Source of the DNA: Nitratidesulfovibrio vulgaris str. Hildenborough
GTDB lineage: Bacteria; Desulfobacterota; Desulfovibrionia; Desulfovibrionales; Desulfovibrionaceae
NCBI RefSeq assembly: GCF_000195755.1
Contig: NC_002937.3
Location: forward strand, 1,440,001 to 1,472,000
Length of the DNA: 32,000 nt
Direction: 5' to 3'
Below are positions 17,330 to 25,866 of this stretch, piece by piece. Numbering within the stretch: the stretch's first letter is position 1; each line of letters begins with the position of its first letter. The translations under genes were made by a program, and so were the position numbers. The notes under the pieces were generated by a model. The model saw only the letters and a list, made by a program, of their open reading frames with translations, was not told the DNA's origin and did not search any database.

Positions 17330-18880
17330 CTACTGCTTATGCAGCGGCAGCAACAGTCGGCGCAGGGTGAAGGCCACCATGACGGCACAGGCGGCGGCGA
17401 TGCCACGCACCGCACGCGCAGCACCGGCATCGTCACTGATGGCTTCCCATAGGCCCCTTATGCCTGTACCGGCATCGCCGAAGGCAAAGAGTGCGACCGC
17501 GCCAGCGCAACCGATGACGGCGGCGGAGGCGAAGAACCAGCGAAGCGGATATTCTTCCCGGATGAGCGAAGACTTCCGGTAGAACCGACGGCGTGAGCCC
17601 AGAAGTCCTGCAAGGGCAAACGACAGGAGTACAGCCTCGTGCCAGTCGAAGCCCTTGAGCAGGGCGCACACCATGCCCGTAAGCAGCAGGGTGACGACGA
17701 CCTTCCATACCGACGCAAGGCGGCGCTCGATACCGCGTGAGAGCAGCAAGAGTCCGGCCCCGGCCATGCTTCCAAGAATGTGGGCGGCCTCCTGCACTGC
17801 AGGCGGAACGACAAGGGGCGACTGGGCGATGAGCAGCTTGTTCGGGGGAATGCTGCCGGAAAGCAGCAGGATGACACCTGCCGCGAATGTCACATACGAA
17901 AGCAGGATATGGGAGAGTACCCACATCCAGCGTCCTGCGTCACGAAATGCCTTTTCAGCCTGATGGCGTCGTACCTGCACTTCGTAGCCCGCCAGCAGAA
18001 GCGCCGCGAACAGGAGCGGCAGCAGGTAGTAGATGACCCGGAACGCCAGAAGTGCCGCGATGACGGCCTGCGGGTGCGTTGTCTGTGAAAGGCTGAGGAT
18101 GACAAGTTCGAAGACTCCCGCCCCGCCGGGAACGTGGGTGAGGACCACCACGACTGTGGCCAGCAGATACACGGCGAGAAACGTGAGAAAGTCGAGTCCG
18201 AGGTCGCTCGGCATCAGCATGTAGAGGCAGCCCGCGGCGGCCACAAGGTCGGCGCATGCCGTCAGTGTCTGCGCGAAAGCGATTTTCGGACAGGGGAGCG
18301 CGAACTCCCTGCCAAAAAAATGCAGGGGCTTGCGAACGAAGAATGTCAGAAGAAGATAGCCTGTCGTCGCCGCAAGCAGGGCAAAACCGAGAGGGCGCAC
18401 GTCATCTATGGGCAGACCAAGCCCCGGTGGGAGTGGCAATGGTTCGATGACGAATGATAGACCCGCCAGTCCGAGGGCGCCCACCCAGAAGGTGACCGCC
18501 AGCATGAGCACAAGCCGCACGACATCGGGGATGGTGAAACCCCACGCCGAATAGAAGCGGTAGCGGACGGAACTGCCGCCCAGCAGTGCGCCGAAATTGT
18601 AGCTGCATGCGCAGCCCACGAACGATACCAGCGCCGTCTTCCCGAGAGGCAGCGGTCTCCCTATGGCCTTGAGCGCAAGGGCGTCATAGCCCACGAGGAT
18701 GAGGTAGTTGACGATCATGAGCCCGAAAGAGGCAAGAAGCCTCAGGTCGGGAATGAGTTCAATGCTTTGTCGGATGTCGGCAAGATGGTATTTGCGAACT
18801 TCGTGGTAGAGCAGCCATGCGGCACCGGCGAAAATGCAGAGAACGACGAACGACCCGAGAGAGCGGAGATGTCTGTTCAT
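17330..18880 (-). CDS. MprF-type polytopic membrane protein (LPG-synthase TM / UPF0104 domain only, no C-terminal synthase domain)
   Basis: 516 aa, strongly hydrophobic throughout. The N-terminus ...LLYHEVRKYHLADIRQSIELIP...IVNYLILVGYDALALKAIGRPLPLGKTALVSFVGCACSYNFGALLGGSSVRYRFY matches the MprF/YbhN TM-region pattern. Confidence 0.65.
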   Translation of the reverse strand: MNRHLRSLGSFVVLCIFAGAAWLLYHEVRKYHLADIRQSIELIPDLRLLASFGLMIVNYLILVGYDALALKAIGRPLPLGKTALVSFVGCACSYNFGALLGGSSVRYRFYSAWGFTIPDVVRLVLMLAVTFWVGALGLAGLSFVIEPLPLPPGLGLPIDDVRPLGFALLAATTGYLLLTFFVRKPLHFFGREFALPCPKIAFAQTLTACADLVAAAGCLYMLMPSDLGLDFLTFLAVYLLATVVVVLTHVPGGAGVFELVILSLSQTTHPQAVIAALLAFRVIYYLLPLLFAALLLAGYEVQVRRHQAEKAFRDAGRWMWVLSHILLSYVTFAAGVILLLSGSIPPNKLLIAQSPLVVPPAVQEAAHILGSMAGAGLLLLSRGIERRLASVWKVVVTLLLTGMVCALLKGFDWHEAVLLSFALAGLLGSRRRFYRKSSLIREEYPLRWFFASAAVIGCAGAVALFAFGDAGTGIRGLWEAISDDAGAARAVRGIAAACAVMVAFTLRRLLLPLHKQ

Positions 18881-19170
18881 GCGCTGGAGCTTTCCCGTGC
18901 AGAAGGTGATGGCGGGCGGGCATTGAACGCTGGCTGAAAGGCCACGCGTAGTCGGACCCGGTGGCGTCGGTGGGAGATGGATAACCGCTCTTCACCCGGT
19001 GAGGCAAGGGGGGGATGCTGTATGATGTAATATTCATGAAAAAGACATCATTCACCGATTGCAGCGCGAAACGGCTTGGCGTAGAAGCCTGTCGGTTGGC
19101 TGCTGTAGTGGTGTTCCCGTGATGGAAAGGTCGCGCTGTAGCCTTCAGAGGGCCAGTTGACGTTGTTCTC

Positions 19171-20499
19171 ATGACGGATGCCCATACGATGCAAGAGGTG
19201 CAAGTAGTGACAGGTTCGAATCCCGGCCAGGATATGTACAAGTGGGCGTGTGATCTGTTTCCGGTGTGCAGAAGTCTCACCGGAGATGGTGTCCGAACGA
19301 CGCTGGACTACCTTGGAAATGTCATGGGTGGGCTCGGGTTGCATGAGATTCCTTCAGGAGCTGCATGCTTCGACTGGAATGTCCCGGATGAATGGAACAT
19401 CCGTTCAGCATTCGTCATGGATGAGAACGGGAACAAGGTCATCGATTTCGCCCGCAACAACCTGCACGTCGTCGGTTATTCCGAGCCTGTGGATGTCACA
19501 CTCTCTCTTGATGAACTCCAGCAGCATCTTCATTCGCTCGAAGAACAGCCCGATGCCATCCCCTATGTGACATCCTACTACCGCCGTACATGGGGGTTCT
19601 GTCTCAGCCACAACGAGCGTATGGCGTTGCGCCCCGGCAACTACCGTGTGGTCATCGACAGCACGCTTGCGCCCGGATTCATGACCTACGGTGATGTCGT
19701 CATCCCGGGGCGTTCAGAAAAGACGGTGCTGCTGACAAGCTATGTCTGTCACCCTTCCATGGCCAATAACGAACTTTCCGGTCCCGTGCTGCTGGCGGCC
19801 CTTGCACGGCTGTTGCGGTCGCGTGAAAACAGGCTGACGTACCGTCTCATTCTGGTGCCGGAGACCATCGGTACCATCTACTATCTGAGCAGACATCTAG
19901 AAGAACTCAAGCGTACTGTCATCGCCGGGTTCGTACTCAGTTGCGTGGGTGACGACCGCGACTACTCGTACCTGCCATCACGTCGAGGCAACACTCTCGC
20001 AGACAGGGTGTTGCGACACGTACTCGACGCCTACCATCCGGGTTACAGCCGCTATACCTTTCTCGACAGGGCGAGTGATGAGCGGCAGTACAACAGCCCC
20101 GGTGTTGACCTGCCCGTTATTCCGTTTGCAAGAAGTCTGTACAGACGCTACCCCGAATACCACACATCCCTTGATGACCTTTCCGTCATCTCTCCCGAAG
20201 GGTTGCAGCATTCTTTCGAGACGATGTTGCGCTGCATCGACATCATGGAAGGCAATCAGACCTACAAATGCAACTGTCTCTGTGAACCGCAACTCGGCAA
20301 GCGCGGTCTCTATCCCACGACATCGGTCAAGAACGGCTATGGTGACGCCGTACGTATCACCATAGATTCTTTGGCTTATTGCGATGGTCAGACAGATGTT
20401 CTTGGCATCGCGGAGGCCATCGGCATACCTGCAGACAGGTGCATCCCCATCATGGAACGCCTCGCGCAGGGGGGCGTGCTCTCCTGTGTGACCGACTGA
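19171..20499 (+). CDS. aminopeptidase-like protein (DUF2172/DUF4910 family, M28-like fold, C-terminal winged-helix-like tail)
   Basis: ...MYKWACDLFPVCRSLTGDGVRTTLDYL...IPSGAACFDWNVPDEWN...TSYVCHPSMANNELSGPVLLAALARLL...PETIGTIYYL...SDERQYNSPGVDLPV. This pattern is typical of the family. The start is uncertain: in-frame ATGs occur at 19171, 19189 and 19234. Confidence 0.65.
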   Translation: MTDAHTMQEVQVVTGSNPGQDMYKWACDLFPVCRSLTGDGVRTTLDYLGNVMGGLGLHEIPSGAACFDWNVPDEWNIRSAFVMDENGNKVIDFARNNLHVVGYSEPVDVTLSLDELQQHLHSLEEQPDAIPYVTSYYRRTWGFCLSHNERMALRPGNYRVVIDSTLAPGFMTYGDVVIPGRSEKTVLLTSYVCHPSMANNELSGPVLLAALARLLRSRENRLTYRLILVPETIGTIYYLSRHLEELKRTVIAGFVLSCVGDDRDYSYLPSRRGNTLADRVLRHVLDAYHPGYSRYTFLDRASDERQYNSPGVDLPVIPFARSLYRRYPEYHTSLDDLSVISPEGLQHSFETMLRCIDIMEGNQTYKCNCLCEPQLGKRGLYPTTSVKNGYGDAVRITIDSLAYCDGQTDVLGIAEAIGIPADRCIPIMERLAQGGVLSCVTD

Positions 20500-20671
20500 T
20501 GTTGAGCTGACCCGCAATAGGCTGTCTATCCTTTCACGCGTTCTGCGGTGAGGGTGGACAGCCGTGTCATTCCATCTGCTTCCCTTACTTGTTGCACGCG
20601 GCGATGCACTCGTGTATTCGTGTGTATAGCTGTGGCTATTTCATGCCTGAGGTTTTGTGTCGGGGGGCGAT

Positions 20672-21427
20672 ATGCGTTGCGGGTGGCTGCTCGGTTTCCT
20701 GTTCCTTTTGTCCGTACTCTCATATCCCCGTCCTGCCGTGGCGATGACGGTGCTGGCTGAAGAGTATGCTCCCCTGTCATACAGTGTAGACGGGCAGCCA
20801 CGCGGTTTTGCCGTGGAGTTGTTCCACGAACTAGAACGGAGGCTGGCACTGCCGCCTTCGGATGTGACGTTCATGGCGTGGAGCAGGGCCTACCGCCTTC
20901 TTTTGCGTGGACCGCGTCATGCCATCCTCTTCATGGGCAGAACCATGGAGCGCGAGGACAAGGTCTGGTTCGTCGGTCCCATCTGGGTCGAAGACGACTA
21001 CTTCTACAAGAAGGCGGGTAGCCACGTTGCCGCTGCGACGCTCGATGAGGCTCGCACCGTATCCCGTATCGGGGTCGTCCGTGACGATTTCTACCAGTTG
21101 CGTTTGCAGGAGATGGGGTTCACCAATCTTGACCTCGGCACCAGCCATGAACAGGGGCTGCGGAAGCTCGCCCAAGGGCGTGTCGACCTTGTGCCCATGG
21201 GGGAACTTACGGCAGCCAGCCAGATAGCGAACTACCCCGGACTTTCCATGGATTCGTTCGAACGGACGGACATCCACCTGCTCAGGTCCGAGATGTACAT
21301 CGGGTTCTCACGTGACATGGCATGGGTTGAGGTCGAAAGGTGGCAGAAAGCGCTCGACCATCTGCGACAGGACGGAACCTATGACCAGATTCTGCGCAAG
21401 TTCGTCCCACAATGGCGTTCCCGCTGA
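20672..21427 (+). CDS. periplasmic solute-binding protein, family 3 (amino-acid-ABC-type SBP), orphan
   Basis: ATG 20672 follows a G-rich SD sequence (20662-20668). MRCGWLLGFLFLLSVLSYPRPAVA is a signal peptide. ...EEYAPLSYSVDGQPRGFAVELFHEL...GRVDLVPMGELTA is an SBP_bac_3-like pattern. No permease or ATPase gene is adjacent. Confidence 0.65.
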   Translation: MRCGWLLGFLFLLSVLSYPRPAVAMTVLAEEYAPLSYSVDGQPRGFAVELFHELERRLALPPSDVTFMAWSRAYRLLLRGPRHAILFMGRTMEREDKVWFVGPIWVEDDYFYKKAGSHVAAATLDEARTVSRIGVVRDDFYQLRLQEMGFTNLDLGTSHEQGLRKLAQGRVDLVPMGELTAASQIANYPGLSMDSFERTDIHLLRSEMYIGFSRDMAWVEVERWQKALDHLRQDGTYDQILRKFVPQWRSR

Positions 21428-21663
21428 CGAGGCGGTTGTGCCCTCCGCACTCGAGCATCCACGATGCTGACACCGGCAGGGAGTCACGCCTCTTTGCGGT
21501 TGGGGCTGTCACCATTGCGGGTGAGCCTTTTCCCGCTTTGCCGGTGATTCTCCGAACGCGCCTTGCGCCCGCTTCTGCCCCGAAGTAGCGCCGGGGCCCG
21601 ACGGGGCCTCATATAGCCACACGTTCTTGCCAGTGAAAAACCGGGCAGTGCGCCGCGGGTCGT

Positions 21664-22797
21664 TTACATGTCACGAACCTGGAGAATGGTGCCGTTGTCG
21701 AGCAGCATCATGTGCACTTCTGCCTCGCAACGTAGCGGGGTCTTCGCCTGTGCCAGTGCCCGGGCTTCGGCCCTGCTCATGTCCAGCGAGATGGGCCATG
21801 ATTCGACGAACCGTCCATCGTGCGAAAGGGGTGTTCCCATGACGAGGCGCAGCGTGTGCACCGGCCTGCCGTCGGCATCGAGGATGCGGAACGTGAACCC
21901 CACCTTGCGGGGAGGCATCTCGCCAAGGAGCCCCTCCACGCGCAGGATGAGCACCCTGTCGTTGGCTTCGGTCAGGGTGTCGAGCCCTGCATAGGCGGCA
22001 GAAATGGACAGGCGTGAAGCCATCTGGGAGCGTGTACGGGCATTGAAGGCCTCTACCGACTGCCGATAGGCCGCCTTCAGGTCCGCGACCCGCTGACCAT
22101 AGATGTCACGAAGCTCTTCCGCATTGGCAACTTCAGTGACCCGCCACTTCCAGAACCCCTTTCTCATCGCAAGCCGCAGAGGATACTCGACCCCAAGCTT
22201 CTCATGGGCGACTTCGGTCGCCGCAATGGCGATTTCACCATCCCGGGCGAAGAGCCTCAAACCGTGTCTGGCAATCTGCGGGCCGAGGTCTTCGGGCACA
22301 GGGCCCGGTATCGGCGGGGGGGGCGGAAGCGTGTTGCTGTCACTGGCATGCGCGGTGCTCGCACCGCTGCTGGCGTGAGATTCTTCCTTGGGTGCTTCGG
22401 CAGGGGGCGTCGTCAGTTGCAGCAGGACTGCCAGCGCCGCCTTCGTCAGTTCCTGCTCATCGGGAACAGGATTCGCCGTTGGAGAGGCCTGCCGTTTTGT
22501 CAGCTCACGTACCAGTCCGCCTGTGAGTGCGTCGCGGTCCACTGCTTCGGCAAGACGTTTCGTGTCGTGCTCACGCAATGCCTGTTCGATCTGCCGAAGC
22601 GTGTATTCGGGTTGTGAGGCCGTATAGCCGTGCCATGCTGCAGCAGCTGCGATGCCTGTGAAGACGCACGCCCCGAGGGCAACGGTCAGGCGCCGGAGAA
22701 GCTGCGGGGTGACCCATCCCGGCATCTTGTCATAGGGGATTGAGGGCAGGCTTGGCAGCTTGATGCGGGGCAGGCTGACTTTGGGCAGTTTTGGCAT
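21664..22797 (-). CDS. hypothetical membrane-anchored protein (possibly DUF2939-like)
   Basis: I prefer ATG 22797 (MPKLPKVSLPRIKLPSLPSIPYDKMPGW...) over the track start at 22905. It has one TM segment (LTVALGACVFTGIAAAAAW), followed by YTLRQIEQALREHDTKRLAEAVDRDAL and a Pro-rich linker. The family assignment is tentative. Confidence 0.5.
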   Translation of the reverse strand: MPKLPKVSLPRIKLPSLPSIPYDKMPGWVTPQLLRRLTVALGACVFTGIAAAAAWHGYTASQPEYTLRQIEQALREHDTKRLAEAVDRDALTGGLVRELTKRQASPTANPVPDEQELTKAALAVLLQLTTPPAEAPKEESHASSGASTAHASDSNTLPPPPPIPGPVPEDLGPQIARHGLRLFARDGEIAIAATEVAHEKLGVEYPLRLAMRKGFWKWRVTEVANAEELRDIYGQRVADLKAAYRQSVEAFNARTRSQMASRLSISAAYAGLDTLTEANDRVLILRVEGLLGEMPPRKVGFTFRILDADGRPVHTLRLVMGTPLSHDGRFVESWPISLDMSRAEARALAQAKTPLRCEAEVHMMLLDNGTILQVRDM

Positions 22798-22899
22798 GTG
22801 GGCTCCGTTCCCTATGGACACGCGGATGCCTTGCACGGGCATTGTGCCTTGTGGACCCGTTTCGGCGTATCCTCGCAGGATACCCGTGTGGACGTCTTC

Positions 22900-22930
22900 G
22901 GGCAATGCGTCCGGGCAATGCGTCCGGGCA
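22900..22930. repeat. 13-bp direct tandem duplication (2 full units plus a 5-nt partial)
   Basis: gggcaatgcgtcc (22900-22912), gggcaatgcgtcc (22913-22925), gggca (22926-22930). It lies in the 5' region of the 21664..22797 gene. Confidence 0.9.
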
Positions 22931-22981
22931 TGGCGCGAAGCGGCTCATTGCGCCGCTTCTAAAATCCCGGGTAGGCTGGAC

Positions 22982-23449
22982 CTAGCGGCAGACGTTCCTT
23001 TCAGCTGTGCCTTTGGCATCCGTGATGGTCACAGCCGTCCCAGAGAGCCCGTGAGCCGCCAGTTCCCGGCAGATACGCTCGGACATGCCCGAAGCGTCGG
23101 CAACGTCGGACTTGCTGCTGACAGAGAGTTCCAGCGGGCCTTGTTGCGGTGCGGACCACGTGACGTTGGCAACATGCTCGATGGACGCCACGGCCTTCAG
23201 GACGCTTTCGCGTGTCTGGAGAGGGATGGATGGGGCGGGGGCCTCGGTTTGTGGCTGTGCTGCTGGCATGGGCTGGCGTTCGACAGGCAGTAAGGAGACG
23301 ACGATGAGGCAGGCGATGCCGCCTATGATCATCTTTCGCGAGCGCCAGATGGCTGTGGGATGCCCTTTGCGGTGCAGGACGAGATTGAAGACGGCACCAG
23401 CCGTGAGCACCATGCCGGTGATGGAGAGAATGTAGGAGAGGATTTCCAT
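22982..23449 (-). CDS. hypothetical membrane protein (two N-terminal TM segments plus a soluble C-terminal domain)
   Basis: 155 aa: MEILSYILSITGMVLTAGAVFNLVL...MIIGGIACLIVVSLLPV..., then a Pro/Gln-rich linker and a roughly 80-aa domain. I recognise no family. Confidence 0.5.
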   Translation of the reverse strand: MEILSYILSITGMVLTAGAVFNLVLHRKGHPTAIWRSRKMIIGGIACLIVVSLLPVERQPMPAAQPQTEAPAPSIPLQTRESVLKAVASIEHVANVTWSAPQQGPLELSVSSKSDVADASGMSERICRELAAHGLSGTAVTITDAKGTAERNVCR

Positions 23450-23670
23450 GGAGACCTCACAGGTTCATTTTCCAACGGGGAAGAGCTGTAGTTCTGAAAA
23501 GGTCCGGTCTGAGAGGCTGAAGAACTGCCTTGTGACCTCAAACGGGTGTACGGAGCAACGTTCTGGTATCCAGGGGGAGGGGCGCCCGCGTTCCCGTCCC
23601 TGTCTCCGGCTATCATCCGGCTAGCCATCCTGCACAAGGGGCGGCATGAGCCGTAGTGGGGGCGTTCGCA

Positions 23671-24156
23671 TCACCCGACTTGAGCAGGGGAGAATCGGCC
23701 TGTCGTCTGGAAGAGGTGGAGCATCTCGGTGATGGGCAGTGAGCGACAGCAAGGACGCGGAGTGGGCAACGTGTCGGGAAGTGCCGTCGTGAGCGTGCAG
23801 TCGGCCGGAACGCTATCGCAGGATTCGGGGAGGCAGCGGCATCCGATTGCATAGGGTGGTAGTTTTTCCATCAGGCCGGGCAGCGACGCCGGCACACAGA
23901 TGCCGTCGAGGGCGTCACATGCGTCACACGCGTGCGCCCCCTTGCAGACACGGAAAGCCACAAAGCCCGAAGGGGTCTCGTCAATGCGCTGGAGCGTTTC
24001 AAGCAGGTGCTCCCGCCATGCGAAATACCAGTCCATGAATTGTTCGACTTCATCGGGAGAGGCTCCCGCGTCCTCAACCAGATTCCAGATGACCTGCCCG
24101 GAGAGGATGCCGAGAAGCCCGTGGCGTGCAGCAATGTTCGCGTAATTGTCTGGCAT
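23671..24156 (-). CDS. hypothetical Cys-rich protein with a phage MuF / SPP1-gp7-like C-terminal motif
   Basis: I prefer ATG 24156 (MPDNYANIAARHGLLG...). The track start at 24402 would overlap the divergent promoter region. The segment ACDACDALDGICVPASLPGLMEKLPPYAIGCRCLPE resembles the C..C..LDG...PP.H..CRC signature of phage head-morphogenesis (Mu F-like) domains. That comparison is from memory only. Confidence 0.45.
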   Translation of the reverse strand: MPDNYANIAARHGLLGILSGQVIWNLVEDAGASPDEVEQFMDWYFAWREHLLETLQRIDETPSGFVAFRVCKGAHACDACDALDGICVPASLPGLMEKLPPYAIGCRCLPESCDSVPADCTLTTALPDTLPTPRPCCRSLPITEMLHLFQTTGRFSPAQVG

Positions 24157-24437
24157 GTGCGGGTCTACCTTGTGGCGTGGAAAGATGCATTGGCCCGGAA
24201 AACAGGGTGCGCAGCTGGCTGGCGGATGGTCGCAGTGCCGATGCTGCGCGACAGGACGACACGTGGGGTTGCCCTCCGTATGTCGATACCCAACAGTAGG
24301 AGACAGATACCCGGCCCGTTCCGTGTCGGCAAGGGGGAGGGGTTGCAAAAAATGAGATGTCTTGGCATCAATGGAAAGGCTTAGTGCATGTGGCTTGTAC
24401 ATCGTGGTTCGCTCAACCTTTGGCCCCTGAATCGCCT

Positions 24438-25154
24438 ATGCAGAAGACGCGCTACTCATCATCCTGCCTGTTCACGTCATGCCTTCTGGCACTGTGCGTT
24501 TGCTTTCTTTCCACGGGCTGCGTGCGGCAGCCGACATCGAGCAATTCCCCCGAAAAGGCGGTGTCTGCCTCTGCATCCCTTGCCGATGCTGACGATGCCG
24601 GTGATGCCTCCATCTTCGATGCTGCGGCAGAAGAGGACGCCACGCTCGCCGATGATGTCCTCGCGGATATCGCCGAGCTGGATGAGCTTCTCGCCGAGGG
24701 GACAGAAGACGAGAGCGACCTCATCGCCGGAGGCATGAGCCCCGTACCGGCCAACCAGATGGAGTTCGGCGACGGAAACGCCGCCTACAGGCTTGTGAAT
24801 CTGGCGCTCAGCCAACTGGGAACACGCTACAGAAGGGGTGGAACCGAACCCCGGACGGGCTTCGACTGCTCCGGGTTCACCTCATGGGTGTACAGCACGA
24901 TGGGGATCGATCTCCCCAGAAGTTCACAAAGCCAGTATCTTGAAGGGCGCAAGATCAACAAGTCTCAGTTGCAGACAGGTGATCTTGTATTCTTCCAGCG
25001 CAAGAAGCGCAGAATATCGCATGTGGGCATCTACCTCGAAGACGGCAAGTTCATCCACAGCAGTTCCCCCGGCGACACCGTCAAGATTTCCCGGCTTGAC
25101 GAGCCAGTGTGGCAACGTCAGTGGGCGGGGGCGCGTCGGGTGATACGCTACTAG
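24438..25154 (+). CDS. NlpC/P60-family lipoprotein (cell-wall peptidase)
   Basis: MQKTRYSSSCLFTSCLLALCVCFLSTGC contains a lipobox (LSTGC). The C-terminus GTRYRRGGTEPRTGFDCSGFTSWVY...ISHVGIYLEDGKFIHSS carries the NlpC/P60 catalytic Cys and His. Confidence 0.85.
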   Translation: MQKTRYSSSCLFTSCLLALCVCFLSTGCVRQPTSSNSPEKAVSASASLADADDAGDASIFDAAAEEDATLADDVLADIAELDELLAEGTEDESDLIAGGMSPVPANQMEFGDGNAAYRLVNLALSQLGTRYRRGGTEPRTGFDCSGFTSWVYSTMGIDLPRSSQSQYLEGRKINKSQLQTGDLVFFQRKKRRISHVGIYLEDGKFIHSSSPGDTVKISRLDEPVWQRQWAGARRVIRY

Positions 25155-25173
25155 ACACGCTGCAATCATGATG

Positions 25174-25197
25174 GGGCACCCTTGGGTGCCCTTTTTT
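25174..25197 (+). terminator. rho-independent terminator of the NlpC/P60 gene
   Basis: gggcacc cttg ggtgccc, followed by tttttt. Confidence 0.8.
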
Positions 25198-25416
25198 CGT
25201 GCACTGTTCTTCCGGCCCGCAACGCATAGTACGAAAGCGAATGGGGATGCCGTGGACTGCGTTATGCCGGGTGCGCTTTTTGCCTCTTGCGTCTCATGCG
25301 CTTTCGTCGTATCTCGCCCGCCTTCATCGTGAACGGCTTTCGCGCGTCACCAGACACGAACGGCGAAAGCACGACATGCTCCCGGTACTCATCGAAGCGT
25401 AATGACTGGAGGTTCC

Positions 25417-25638
25417 ATGGCCGATATTTTCGATCAGGCTTCTGACTATGAGGCGCGCGACCGCGAGGCGGCCATAAGTGCTGCCCGCAACAGGCTTGCT
25501 TCCGGCCCCGGGCCTGAGTGGATTGACGGTAAACCTTGCTGCCGTGAATGCGGCGAGGTCATTCCCGAAGCGCGGGTGAAGGCGCTTCCGGGGTGCGGCC
25601 TGTGCCGCGAATGCGCTGAAGAGATGGAAGGGGCCTGA
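25417..25638 (+). CDS. TraR/DksA-family C4 zinc-finger protein
   Basis: ATG 25417 lies 5 nt after GGAGG (25407-25411). Product is MADIFDQASDYEARDREAAI...CRECGEVIPEARVKALPGCGLCRECAEE, with the CxxC-N17-CxxC pattern. The track start at 25402 is also possible. Confidence 0.8.
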   Translation: MADIFDQASDYEARDREAAISAARNRLASGPGPEWIDGKPCCRECGEVIPEARVKALPGCGLCRECAEEMEGA

Positions 25639-25829
25639 GGCTGCATCCGCGGTAATGCCGCGAAAGACCCCGACATGCGCTGAAGTGGCCTGAAGTCCCA
25701 CGTCATCTGGGTCTCCGGACTCCCCCCAAGCGACATCGGTGCTTCATCTGGGGCCATCTGGTTCTACTCTGTGCGGTTGTCGAAACCGCGCAGGAGGCTG
25801 GCCGGGGCCCATGCAATCCAGCCGAAACA

Positions 25830-25866
25830 AAGCCCTCCTTGCACTCGACGTGCATGGAGGGCTTTT
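25830..25866. terminator. strong bidirectional stem-loop in the middle of a roughly 450-bp convergent intergenic region
   Basis: aagccctcc-t-tgcac [tcgac] gtgca-t-ggagggctt gives 14 paired positions with one T-T mismatch. T-rich sequence follows on both strands (cttttg on plus, tttgtttc on minus). Confidence 0.7.

Noticed and set aside
19207-19227. tRNA-like T-arm string (acaGGTTCGAATCCcggcc)
   Set aside because: The flanking bases do not form a T-stem, and I found no D-arm, anticodon arm or acceptor stem upstream, so it is not a tRNA gene. It lies inside, or just upstream of, the aminopeptidase-like ORF. It could be a remnant attachment site of an old island, but I found no matching direct repeat in this window. 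A tRNA scanner and a genome-wide search for the 3' half of the cognate tRNA would be decisive.
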